A stretch of DNA of 64,000 nt from the human T2T-CHM13v2.0 reference genome, Homo sapiens, in assembly GCF_009914755.1 (NCBI RefSeq), contig NC_060930.1; one strand, 5' to 3'. Position 1 is the first letter of the stretch. Every line of letters starts with the position of its first letter. Shown piece by piece: positions 1-12,224 of the stretch. Made by a program: the position numbers and the translations under genes. The notes below the pieces were generated by a model. It did not search any database. It was not told the origin of the DNA and worked only from the letters and a program-made list of their open reading frames with translations.

Positions 1-1180
1 AAGGAACTGAAACAAATTTACAAGAAAAAAACAAACAACCTCATCAAAAAGTGGGCAAAGGATATGAACAGACACTTCTCAAAAGAGGACATGGCCAGGC
101 ATGGTGGCTCATGCCTGTAATCTCAGAACTTTTAGGAGGCCGAGGCAGGTGGATCATGAAGTCAGGAGATCGAGACTATCCTGGCCAACATGGTGAAACA
201 CTGTCTCTACTAAAAATACAAAAATTAGTGGGCATGGTGGCTTGTGCCTGTAATCCCAGCTACTCAGGAGGCTGAGGCAGGAGAATCTCTTGAACCAGGG
301 AGTTGGAGGTTGCAGTGAGCCTAGATCATGCCACTGCACTGCACTCCAGCCTGGTGACAGAGAAAGACTCCTTCTAAAAAAAACAAAAAAAAAATACATT
401 TACATGGCCAACAAACATATAGAAAAAAACTCAACATCACTGATCATTAGAGAAATGCAAATCAAAACCACAATGAAATACCATCTCACACCAGTCAGAA
501 TGGTGATTATTAAAAAGTTAGTAAACAATAGATGCTGGTGAGGCTATGGAGAAATAGGAACACTTTTGCACTGTTGGTAGGAATGTAAATTAGTTCAACT
601 ATTGTAAAAGACATTATGGTGATTCCTCAAGGATCTAGAACCAGAAGTACCATTTGATCCAGCAATCCTATTTCTGGATATATACCCAAAGGAATATAAA
701 TTATTCTACTAAAAAGACACATGCACATGTATGTTTATTGCAGCACTATTTACAATAGCAAAGTCATGGAACCAACCCAAATGCCCATCAATTATAGACA
801 GGATAAAGAAAATGTGGTACATATACACCATGGAATACTATGTTGCCATAAAAAGGAATGAGATCATGTTCTTTGCAGGGACATGGATGAAGCTGGAAGC
901 CATCATCTTCAGCAAACTAACACAGGAACAGAAAACCAAACACCCTATGTTCTCACTCATAAGTGGGAGTTGAACAATGAAAGCACATGGACACTGAGGG
1001 GAACAACACACACTAGGGCCTTTTGGGTGGTGGGGGATGAGGGGGAGAACTTAGAGGATGGGTCAATAGGTGCAGCAAACCACCATGGCACACGTATATG
1101 TATGTAACAAACCTGCACATTCTGCATATGTGTCCCGTTGTTGTTGTTGTTGTTGTTTTAGAATAAATCAAAAAAAAAGA
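1..1180 (+). mobile_element. L1 (L1PA8A-like) ORF2 C-terminus and 3' UTR, continuing off the left edge
   Basis: ORF2 C-terminal peptides ([20 protein letters not shown]; WNQPKCPS); 3' UTR GAACTTAGAGGATGGGTCAATAGGTGCAGCAAAC; A-rich tail ~1162-1180. Confidence 0.9.
93..394 (+). mobile_element. Alu (AluSc-like) inserted in the L1
   Basis: GGCCAGGCATGGTGGCTCA start, two arms, A tail; imperfect TSD AAAAGAGGACAT (81-92) / AAAAAAATACAT (388-399). Confidence 0.95.
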
Positions 1181-1700
1181 AAGGGAAGATAAATGACACA
1201 TCAACAATGCGAGAGTGAGATGCTGATGGTCCAAGCCCTAATCCTGCTTGAAGAAAAGCATGTCCTGCTCCATTTATGAACATTTATGGACAGAGGCCCT
1301 TTCACAATAAAGAATAAGCCTCTGCAAGACATGCACCTCACTGTGAACGCAACATTTGATTTGCATGGAGACCATCTGGATCATTTCTGGCACTGTCACT
1401 GTCTATGACACTGAGCAGGTGCTTTGACCTTATTTTGGTCCCCTCAGGCACCAGCACAGCTCACTGGTGACTCAGAAAGTGACTGCTGGATTTCACGTGA
1501 GCATCCAGCGGATCACTCTGAGATCTGCTGGACGCTCCTGAGAGAGTGTCTCCAGCACCTGCCTGGTGTCCTGATCCCCCAGGGTCTTCAATAGAAACAC
1601 TCTTGGTTTACAACTTTGCGCTGTGATGCATGATTAGAGATGATTTTCTTGTCTCATGGACAATAGGAATCAGAAAATGAAACAGGAGTTTGGAGTTCTT
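1181..1700 (-). promoter_or_regulatory. IGHV1-type upstream/promoter flank with an octamer ATGCAAAT (1359-1366, minus strand)
   Basis: Minus strand AAGCAGGATTAGGGCTTGGACCATCAGCATCTCAC...TGTGTCATTTATCTTCCCTTTC resembles, from recall, the sequence just upstream of IGHV1-family promoters; perfect Ig octamer present; the associated gene would lie left of the L1, outside the window. Confidence 0.55.
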
Positions 1701-2294
1701 TATGAACTCACTGCTTCCAAAATAATTGTCAAGACATTTGTGTCCTGAATAATTTGGGGTTTATTTCGAACTGCATTTATTAGCATTTTGTGAAGTAGTT
1801 ACATACTTTCAGTTCATATCCATAGATCCTTATCTTTACATATTGATTTCTGACTCACTTGGTCTGTGTACATGCCACACTCTCATATCCACCACTGCCC
1901 TGTCACATACAAAATGTAGACAACATTACTTAACAATGAAATCTGAATTTCTTATTCATAGAAACATAGTGGCTCCCACAATTTTTTATCAATTGAATTA
2001 GTAAAAACATCCCTATCCTTCATATTCTCACTATTAAGGTATTTATAATCCTAGAATCCCACTTCAAAAAATAGTTCTCATTGCCTTCATTTATATGAAT
2101 GGTTCAGATATAATAGTGTATCTAAGGGCACATCAGCAACTCGAACACATATTTTGGCTTTTTTCTGACAAAGGAAGACCCAGCCCCTGAGAGGAAACCT
2201 CCTCCCCAGCCTCCTGTGCACCTGCTCTGGGGCTGGAACCCATAATGGGTGGCTTCTGAGTGCTCCCTGTAGCCCAGCCCTTGCCTTGCAAGGA

Positions 2295-2659
2295 GGTTCC
2301 TGTCAGGGCTCACAAAGCATTTTTCCCCAGCTTCTCTAGCCCAGCATGAAATGGCTGCGTCCTGCTTTAGAATACTCCTTTGGTGACACCATACGCTGCT
2401 GACACCATCTTTGAAAAAATTATCAGCTTTACTAAACCTACTGATCTCTGCAGGAAGACCCAAAGCAAGGATTCGGACACAGGAGGGAGCCCCTTCTCTG
2501 AAGCTCCAGATGCACTGAATCAGTGGTGGACCCAATATGAATCCAAAAACTTGCAGGAGTTTTGGGAGTTCCTTGTTTCTTCATTAATCTCTTGCAGTTG
2601 AATGTCACATCTGAGAATACCAGCAGGTGCAGATACATTCAGATTAAAGCCCAGTCCAT
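2295..2659 (-). pseudogene. Highly degenerate IGHV (clan I-like) V-segment relic with an RSS remnant
   Basis: Minus strand shows ATTCAACTGCAAGAG (IQLQE), MKKQG (cf. VKKPG), TCCTGCAAG (SCK), GCTTCAGAGAAGGGGCTC (ASEKGL, cf. APGKGL), and VSSVWCHQRSILKQDAAISCWAR (cf. [23 protein letters not shown]). These are followed by heptamer relic AGCTGGG (2326-2332), a 22-nt spacer containing TGTGAGCCC, and nonamer ACAGGAACC (2295-2303). Confidence 0.75.
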
Positions 2660-4629
2660 GTCTTCTATTCCAATAACACATATTTTCCCTTCTTCCTAGT
2701 ATCTAGCCTATAGAAAGTGCCTCCTACACTGACACTAGGCCCAGGTACCTGACTTCTTTCTCCTAGAGATCTAAAGCAAACAGGTGACAAGTGAAGACTT
2801 GGGAAGTGCATGCAGGTTGTTATTTTCCTTTTCTCAGCTAGGAACCCAGAAAAGGCCCCATGACAAAAGAACCTAAGGTCAATGAAGAAGTTTCCAAGAC
2901 CTTGGTCTTAAAAATGTTGATGTCAGGGGCTTCAGATTGCTCTATTGTCCTTTTCTTATTCTCTGCCATTGTCTTTCTGTTCCCCTATGTTTTCCTCCTC
3001 AGGTAGAGTCTGTGCATTGTCACACTTTCATCTTTAATCCAGAGACATCATACTGGTTAGAATGTATTGTACAGTGCAAGTAAGCACTGTCTGTTCTTAC
3101 AATGGAAACCTAGAAACTCAATCGGCTTCCTCCCTTGGGCTGGGACCTTTACCAGGCGTCTCCAGGGGAAAACCTCATTTGGGGCCGTTACTCCCTTTTA
3201 TGGTTCCAGAGTCCTTGAACTATTTAATTACATCTTACCCCTACTGGCTAACTTTACTCATTCATATAATAATGGAAGAATGGTGTAGAAATCTGAAATC
3301 TGGAATGGAAGTTATTTTTGTTTGTTTGTTTTTTGTTTTGTTTTGTTTTTTCTCACATAGGATAAGGTTCTGGAAAAGTCCTTCCCTGTAGAAGCTTTTG
3401 GGGAAAGCTCCTGATGTGTTTCTCAGTAATTAATCTTCTCCAGTTCTTAGCCATAGGAAATGTATTTGGATTGCATTTTGTAGAGTCTGGGGGTTTCTGG
3501 AGAGAAAGTCCAGAAAATTGAGAAGTATAAGTCTCTCTGAAACTGCCACCTTTACCTAGTCCACATCTGTGGTTCAGACATCTATAGTGCTTAGCATGTA
3601 AGTGCCCTCAACAACTTGTGTCTTCTGCAGTTTATGTTCCATTTAAGCAAGTGTCAACTGCGATTCTGGACATGTCTGTCTCTCCAGTTTTGGGAGTGGG
3701 TAATTTTTCTTGCAATTTCAGTTATTTAATAGATTCCAAAAGGTATTGACATTCAGATTGTGCAGATGTTTCTTGACATAAAAATGGGGGTGATGAATTT
3801 TATAATTTACATGTGGGAGCAAAAACCAAAAGTACAATCATAGGTCATCTTTGATGTGTTACTGGAGGCAGAATTCTGATCTCATTAGAAATAAGTGCAC
3901 CTAGTCTGACACAAATGAACAGGCAAGGGCACAGAGGAAGGACATGGCACAATATTTATGAAAAAGTCTTAGCAATTTTAATATTCTTCCGAGGAAGCTG
4001 AAATTGTGAAAGTAAAACAGTGTGAACTGGTCATGTCTCAGGTGATGTTGTGTTCTGGAAAGTATCTCCAGTCCTGGGCTGGATCCAGTAGGTGCACCTG
4101 AGCACTCAAACCTGAAACAGGGACTCTTATTCCTTAAACATAAGACATTCCAATGAGAAAGCTGTTCTCAGTTGAGTTGCAGAGCACGGAGGAGGATATG
4201 GAGGTGTCCTTGGCTTCCCAGAATTGCTGAAACTGAAAAACCAAGGCCATCTCTGAGGGTCAGAGATCCACCTATGAGTACATCACATTAGCACTGTCTT
4301 CAGAAATCTTTGGCTGTGGGGGAGAATAAGGAATGTGATTGATTTCTTTATGCTAACTAAATGTGCTTCAGAAGAAATGAAATGAAAATTCAATAAATAT
4401 GTTTGTTGCCGTAAAAAACAGAAACAAACAAAGCCTTTAACTTTCTTCCAGTCAGTTGAATAAAGATCAAGGCTGTTAATATGAGAGTTTAATATAATTT
4501 TATGTGACATTTAAATCAATGTATTTTCTAAATAAAATATGGAATGTGTATATTTGTAGATTTTTATGCTTGAAGAATACAGAAAAGAATTTCTAGTGAC
4601 TATGGACCTCCCTTTAAGTAAACTTAGTC

Positions 4630-4874
4630 CTTACCTCAAGTGATCTGCCCACCTTGGCCTCCCAACATGGTGAAACCCTGTCTCTACTAAAAATACAAAA
4701 ATTAGCAGGGCGTGGTGGCACACACCTGTAATCCCAGCTACTCGGGAGGCTGAGGAGGAGAACTGCTTGAACCCGGGAGGTGGAGGTTGCAGTGAGCCAA
4801 GATTGCGCCACTGCACTACAGCCTGGGTGACAAGAGCGAAACTCTGTTTCAAGAAAAAAAAATAAAGAAAAAGA
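4630..4874 (+). mobile_element. 5'-truncated AluS with an inverted 5' segment (4633-4663)
   Basis: TSD AAACTTAGTC at 4620-4629 and 4875-4884; sense Alu from CAACATGGTGAAACC to the A tail; antisense left-arm piece in front. Confidence 0.9.
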
Positions 4875-7800
4875 AAACTTAGTCTACTCCCAGTAGCTGA
4901 TTATCAAGACACGACACACCTCAAGTATTTTCAGCCAGAAGAAATCTCCTCACATTTTGATTATGTTTCATGCAATTTATTCATGCAATGCCCCTAAAGA
5001 TGGAGGGTAATGCCAGAATACTGTCTTAGATTTTTTAGTGAAATTAATCTTGATAAATATAATCAAGATGTCATGAGAAGTTATTTTCTTATATTTTGGA
5101 ATTTTAAAAAATTTTATTAATAAGGACTGCTTTTGACTTTTTTCACTGATATGTAATAGTTGTACATATTTATAAGATACATGTGATATTTTCTTCTTCA
5201 TTTTTCTCTTTGACATTCATATTCTTCTTTAAAATCATTATTTCACCATGGTTGTATGCCCTGCCAGTCATTGGAAATACAAAGGGAAAACAAATATATC
5301 TGAATCCAAGCTTAACACTTCATTCATTATTATCTACTTCCATTCTCTATCTTTTCACCTACTACTAGCTGACCTTTAAAAAAAAAAAAAACTTTCCTGG
5401 TGTCACTTTAAATTCACAAGTAAGGTCCAGAGTTCAGCTAAGCTTTGATGATAGGGGAGAGATTTCAACAGAAAGGGTAGAATCACTCACAACAATATAC
5501 TTAAAGTGAATGAGTAACAATTTTTCCAGGTTTCTAATATTTCCTTTCATGTGAAGGGAATTCCAATAGACAAGAAGTAACTCAACCTGAAGCAGTACAC
5601 TTAGAAGGAGAAACTAAGTATGTGTGACTCTTATTCACTTTTTCCTAGAAGCCAAGGTGCCAAGAGAGAGCTCTGCTCTTCCAAGTTGTATGGCCTCTAA
5701 GTTGTCTACATGTGGAAGCCTACAATTATTAGCACAGCTTGTGCCAGTGACCAAGCTATTTTACGGAGGTTTGATGTTAAGAACCATATGCTAAGTCTAT
5801 TCTCCAATATTACTTTTATCAGTATAAAGCTAACTTTTTTGCCTCATTTATAAATTGGTAGGAAACTTGAGTGGATGGATAAAAACATTGAATATATTGA
5901 GCCTTCTCAAACAATACATTTTTCTTTGATCTTCAACCCCACCCCACACCACCCGCATTGAAAAGTTTAGAACTAGGCCTCCAGAAACAATCTTCATTTA
6001 TATTTTGAGAATACCCAATTAAAGTTTTAATTCTTCAATGTGAGATTATGTTACATTTCAGCACAAAATTCCCACACACCACCACCCAAAAAAACTCATA
6101 AATATCCCAGATATTCTCTCTCAGTTATAAAATCAGTAGAACCCTAGTTAGTCAGGGTATCTCATAAATGAAAAGTGGAGTTCCAAAGATTACTAATGTT
6201 TGAAACACTAAATATTTACTTTGTAGACTTGACCCAGCCAGCATATATCTAGGTGACCTTATGAGGTCTACAGTTCTACCAGCTGTAGTTTGAGACTGAA
6301 ATAGCAGTCCCATTAGAAAAAAATGCAAGCAAGTTAATATTTATTATTTCTGTGGTATTTCTTTTCTGTTTCTTATTTCATTCAAATATGTCACATTCCA
6401 AAGATAGTGCCCATAATCTATTAATATAGGTATTAGAACAAATAGACTACAACCATAATTGAGGGATGGGGTGTTTGGAGGAGGCCAGAATCATCATTGC
6501 TTGTATTATGAGCGTTTTAGACCCAAAACTATGGAAACTGGAAAATGCTATTGACACGTCTGCTGATTGGTAAGCCAATATCTGTTTATTCTCATTGCCA
6601 ATGACTCTTTAGTCAAAAGGGTAGAAACTACCACAGAGGTGGAAGGAAAAGGAAAAGACAATTCCATTTCCCTGGCTTAGGGGGTTTGGGGAGAAGGAAA
6701 ATTTTTTTAAAAAGAGTCAGGAATGAGACTTTATTTATTGGATTACTTACTTGCCCCTCAGATTTAGAACAGAGTGAATGAGGATCATTACCTATGTTAT
6801 GAGAAAGAGGGCACAGGTTGGGGGAGGGAGTTGACAGGGGGAGGGAGCTTTTAGTCTGCTATAAATGTGGAAGGCTGGGAGAAGTTGTCCTCATGGGCTG
6901 CCTCTGCACCCATGTGGCACTAGGCAAGAGGAGGAACATTAAAGCAAACTCATAGATATAGTTAAGTAGGTAGTTGCAGGATCTGACTTAACTTTCCCAG
7001 ATTCTCTTCAATCCCACGTGGCATGCATGAGACACTAAACTTCCCTCTCTGTTTCCTACATAGATGCACATTGCCACAGTTGTATTTTGTGTTTGTTGTT
7101 ATTTATCTGTCATCTGTATGTTTGATTTTACTGACATGCTAGCTCAGTATTTACATTTCGAATAATCCTCATGACATTTCTACCTTAATAGGCAAATCTG
7201 GAGTTGTTAGAAGTTAAACATCTTTTTCTGCTATCTCTTCTCTCACCCTAGCAACCAGTTACCTATCCTTAATTTTGCTGAAAATACCAAGAGGGAAGAG
7301 TGTCCAATCCAGAGTCCTCCTGAATGACTCTGTGGTGACTTAAGCACTTAAGGTCAATTATTTCTAAACATGAGTCCTTCTATTGCCTCTAAAACAGAAA
7401 GCCCTCGTGTGCCCTTGAGACTATTCATTAGTCGGAGGTGTAACTAAAAGTGTGGGCACTCAGAGCAATTAGTCCCTCAAATTTCACAAGGACATATACA
7501 AGTGCCAATAGATCATAAGCCTGATGACTCAGTGAAGGTCACTGGGATACCAGGGTTCACATTACTTTACATCCGAATTTTAGTAACTCAGCTGAGAACC
7601 ACTTGCCAATGACAGCCCTGAGAGGGCTGTACAAACTGAAGGCTACTAAAAAGAGAAGAGATCCTGCAACTTCCTTTAGGCAAATGCCAGCCTCCCAAGG
7701 GCTCACAAATGTTACATCTTCTTTTCGTCATACTTGACAAGGGTTTTTAACATGTATATATAAATGCCACAAGCCTTACAGCCTTTGGTTAGCAAGTGCT

Positions 7801-8039
7801 CTGAAAATTTATTCTGAAACTTCACTATCAGCTGATACTTGAAATATTCTCTATTTTCAGTAAAATCTATAGAAATTAAAAAAGAAAGACAAAGTATTTC
7901 AACATTTTAAGTGCTGATTTAAAAATTCTTTGGATGATTTAAAACACCAGCTTCCCCATAATTAGTTTTTCACTGGAAAGCAGGTGGAAGTTCTTAAAAT
8001 ATCTTCACCATTCCAACAGCCTCTTGGCTGCTTTCTGTG

Positions 8040-8600
8040 CTTCCATACTTGTCCTGCTCCTGGCTGTTTTCAGTATGGTAGCCAGTGCTTAATTTCTTTA
8101 AATATAAGTCAGATTAAGTTACCACTTTACTGAAAACCACCTCATAGCTTCTTATCACACTTAAAATCTCAAATTCTTACCACAACCTACATGGTTCTAT
8201 AGTAGCTCCCCTGACAATTCACCACTTATCTCTTTGCTGTACTTTTAACACACCGAGCACACTCCACTCTCAAGGCATTTGTACTTGCTACTCCCTCTGC
8301 CTAGAATTATCTTTCCCTAGATATGGGCATGCTCACCCCCTTACTTTATTTGGGTCTTTGTCCAAAATTATCATCTCAAAGAGGAAGATCCTGACCAATG
8401 CCCTTAAAAGAATATACTCCTCTTACTTTGCTCTATTTCAATGCACAACCACTATCTGACATTACAATATATGTATTTTTTTAAATTAATGTATTCCCCA
8501 AAATAGAATCAAAATTCTGTAGATCAATAAATTTCTTTGATTTCTAGTGTATAAAATAGTACAATAGTAGTCACTCAATAAATATTTTTGGCTAAATTAA
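8040..8600 (+). mobile_element. L2 3' end
   Basis: CTCAAGGCATTTGTACTTGCTACTCCCTCTGCCTAGAA and terminal CACTCAATAAATATTT. Confidence 0.8.
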
Positions 8601-9059
8601 TTTTAGTTTACTCAAATGTAAATAAAATCACTGTATTTATGTGATGTGATCTTGTTGCCTGATTTGTTAAGTTTCGAGCATGTGTATCATTGGTAGACAT
8701 AAGAGCATACCATCTGTACCTTATCAAATTAGTTTTATAAGTGGCAAGTCAACTTGCTATTTTTTTAAAATAATAACATTGATGGCATTTGTGATGAAGT
8801 CAATAAAGAATTGGTGACGTTAATTTACACATAGATTTTCCATGGAGAATCTGTGTCTTTTGTTTTAAAAATTATGAGCCAGAGGTTTCATTTGACACAG
8901 TAAAAGAATATAAACCAGAGAGTACTTGGAAAGGATCATTGTTCTTTGAGTTTAACATAAATTTTTTGCCATGTTTGGTGGCAGATTTTCTTCTCATTTA
9001 TATTTTTATTTAGTTAATATTACAAATAAATAAATATTTTTCCAATTCATATTAGTGTA

Positions 9060-9272
9060 TATAGAGCAAAGTCTTTGGAGATAGGCTAATTCTGTATTAG
9101 GGACTCAATTCCAACACGTAGTGAGTTGTATATTTCCATCTTCAACTCCAATCTGTTTTCTCATCTGTTAGATGGGGATCAAAATACCCACATTGCAATG
9201 TTTGAGAGTGGGTAGTTATTGAATTAAATTTCTATAATGAATGTAGCCTACTACCTGGCATATGGTAGGGGC
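9060..9272 (+). mobile_element. MIR
   Basis: Core TTTTCTCATCTGTTAGATGGGGAT; 3' CCTGGCATATGGTAGG. Confidence 0.7.
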
Positions 9273-10513
9273 CAATTTCTTTCCCCTTCTCTTCCATTTC
9301 CCTTTCCCTTAACTGTGCCTAACCCAAACCTTGCTGGGAAAGTAAGGGCAGACTCACTCACAATTTTTCAGACACTATAGAAAAGTTATTTCCTATGTTT
9401 GATATGAGACTCATGTATTCCTCAGTAAGTTGAATCATCTTTTTTTCTAATATGTTTTTCCTTTTTAGAGTAAGAAGTTTGGCACGTTGATATCAATCTT
9501 TTTTTTTTCCTACATCCATCTTCACAAATGCAACATTTTCTGTGGCTTTAAAGTTGTCAGCAGATGTTACAGTAAGACTTGTTATATTGGACACATTTGG
9601 TGACCTCGGCCATCCACATATAATTCTGATTAACATATTCTGGCTAATCCACTGCCTATGTTCACTGCTAGAACTCAAAATCCAAGTACATGCCATTCCA
9701 TTGTATCATTCCAAGAGATTCAAGGGATTATATTTAATTACAGGAAACATAAATTTTCAGTGTTGTTGCTCTTAATCTGTTGAAGTTTTGCTAGATATTT
9801 TAGATTGGTTGCTTTGTCTATGATTTTGAATGTATGCAAACTTAATCTAAGTTAATATAAATGAAAGCTGTTAAGTATTAGTTATATCCCTTGTTCTACA
9901 AAAGCAATATCTACTTATAATGAATTAAAATTGAACTATACTAGTTTGATATGCATCAATAAAATATTATAACAGTTCTACTAGCCTGCCTCTATTGACC
10001 TAAATTACTTAAAATTAATAAATGTATGTAGGAATACAGAAAATTGAGCATGATATATATTTTTAGTGAGAAAAAGGGAATTAATACTCAAACTCAGCTC
10101 ATTTTAAGTACTTTGTGATTCATAAGTGTGTGCATATGTCTGTCTGTATACATATATATAAACTTAGATTGTTTGCATACATTATATATATACATACATA
10201 TATATATATATATAATTAGATACTCTATGTGCTAAGCCAAGAAGAAATAATAAATTATTATGCTCACTTTAGAAATGAGAAAATTTGGGTTAAAATATGT
10301 AAATAATTTATTCAATATTATATATTTTTGAGTGCAAAGAGGTAAACTTTCTTATCCAGTGCTCTTTCTAGGATACTAATGGCTTAAATATCTAGAAACT
10401 CAAAAGTGATAGGAAGGCACAAGCGTGATATGGAAAAACACAGGAGTATCAGAAATCACTTCTGATTGCAAGACTCTTGAGGAAAGGGAGAAAAAGGGCT
10501 GTCATCAAAAAGA

Positions 10514-10515
<2 letters not shown>

Positions 10516-10552
<37 letters not shown>

Positions 10553-10554
10553 CA
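10516..10554. repeat. (CA)n microsatellite
   Basis: Visible dinucleotide run. Confidence 0.95.
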
Positions 10555-10564
10555 TTTGTTAGTT

Positions 10565-11191
10565 CTATCTATCTGCCAAGAGGGCTAGAAGCAAGTGTCA
10601 TTCTAAAAGTGCAATTATACCCAGATCTTGGATTCTAAATGCCACTTTTAAATAAAGGGAAGTAGGCCTGCTTGAAGTACGGCTTGATACCAAAGTTGAG
10701 AGAGGGAAAATCCAAAATGTGCTTGGAGAATCTTATGGTGCCAGAAATAAAGTACTCCGAAAAAATCAAAGAAAGAAAGAAAAGAAAAAGGGTAGGTAAT
10801 GAAAAGACACAGGAACAACCTGAACCAGCTTCCAATGGTCAAGATCATTAAAACAAAAAACAAGGATAGAATGAGAAACTATCACAGAAACTATCACAGG
10901 ATGTACAAGCCCAAGAAGATATGAAAATGAAATGCAATGTACTATCCTAGATTTGTATTAAATCCTAGATATATAAGGAACTTAACTTAGAAAACATTGT
11001 GAAATCTGAGTAAAGTCCGTAATTTAGTCAATAATTTTGTACTAATGTTAAATTTTTAGTTTTGACAAATGTACTGAGGCTATGTAAAATGTTAACTTTA
11101 GGGGAAGCTGGATGAAGGGCAGGTAGAAATTCTATTCTGCTTTTACAGTTTTTCCATAAACATAACATTGTTCCAAAATAAAAAGTTAAAA
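10565..11191 (+). mobile_element. Old L1 (L1MC/ME class) 3' UTR
   Basis: AATGCAATGTACTATCCTAGATT...TTTTGACAAATGTACT...GGGGAAGCTGGATGAAGGG...CCAAAATAAAAAGTT. Confidence 0.75.
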
Positions 11192-12224
11192 ATCATTCAG
11201 CTTTTTTTTCTTGCTTATTTCTGCCTAAATGATGCATGATTCTAATCAACAGATTATCCACACTCTCATTCAATGGAAGACTGTGCCCTCACATTGGAGA
11301 ATTTTATTGCCCACCATCCTGAAAACACAATCTCAAATACTCTGAGTGCTTGACCTAATGTTGGTTTATGGAACTGGTGGGAAAAAGATATAGGTTGTTT
11401 CCTGAATGCTATGTGGACTGAGTACACGAAATTTTAAACGTAGGTATTTCTAGCTTCCCTAGGGCATCCATCAAACATAGCAGCCTGCTGTAGAGGACCT
11501 CATTGTAATAGTACATAAAATAAAAGAAAGTCACATTTTAAATACTTAAATTTCTCACACAATTAATATTTATGAAGCATTTGTTATGCTCCAGGTACTC
11601 TACTAGAGAGTAGGAATATAGTGTTAAATGAAGCAGACATTGTTCCTATCTTTAAGCAGTTTACTGTAAATAGACTGACTGTGAAATACCCTTCCCTTTA
11701 GTCTCCAAGGCCAGAAGCTATTTTGTTTATGACTGTTGCACTCCTCTTATCTTTAATTGAGAGTCCAAAATCTATTTAATATTAATCAATTTAAAGGCAG
11801 AACTAGAAATGTGAGGGACCTACCTGAAAGGTTGAGTCAATCTTTTCTTCATTCCCTTTCCCATAATATTGCTGATTCACTGTTTATTAATGCCAACCCA
11901 GCTAATTTCGTTAAAAATGTTACTTCTGCTGCTGCTTCAAAAAGTATGGGGAACAAAGTTCATGAGACTGTAGAAAAAATTTAAATGTTGAAAGTTAGCT
12001 TTTACTTTCAAGGAGAAAGATCAACAAGAGGAAAATTTGATGCCAAGTATAGAATTTCTTTAATAAACAAAGTTTCACTTAAACTGCATACTTCTTTCTA
12101 AGATAATAATTTCAGTGGTTATTAAACATATATAATTGGCTTAATTCTAAAAAGTTTAGATTGTATTGCCATGCTATTATTCCTATATGATTGTATATGC
12201 CTTTTACAATCTTCTGGGTTTTTT

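Noticed and set aside
2295-2332. Functional recombination signal sequence
   Set aside because: The heptamer lacks the essential CAC and the V frame is broken; it is a relic only.
9470-9775. Possible exon or hAT transposase relic (PFHCIIPRD, cf. HCIIHRE)
   Set aside because: A single short motif with no other transposase motifs or TIRs; it cannot be supported without an HMM search.
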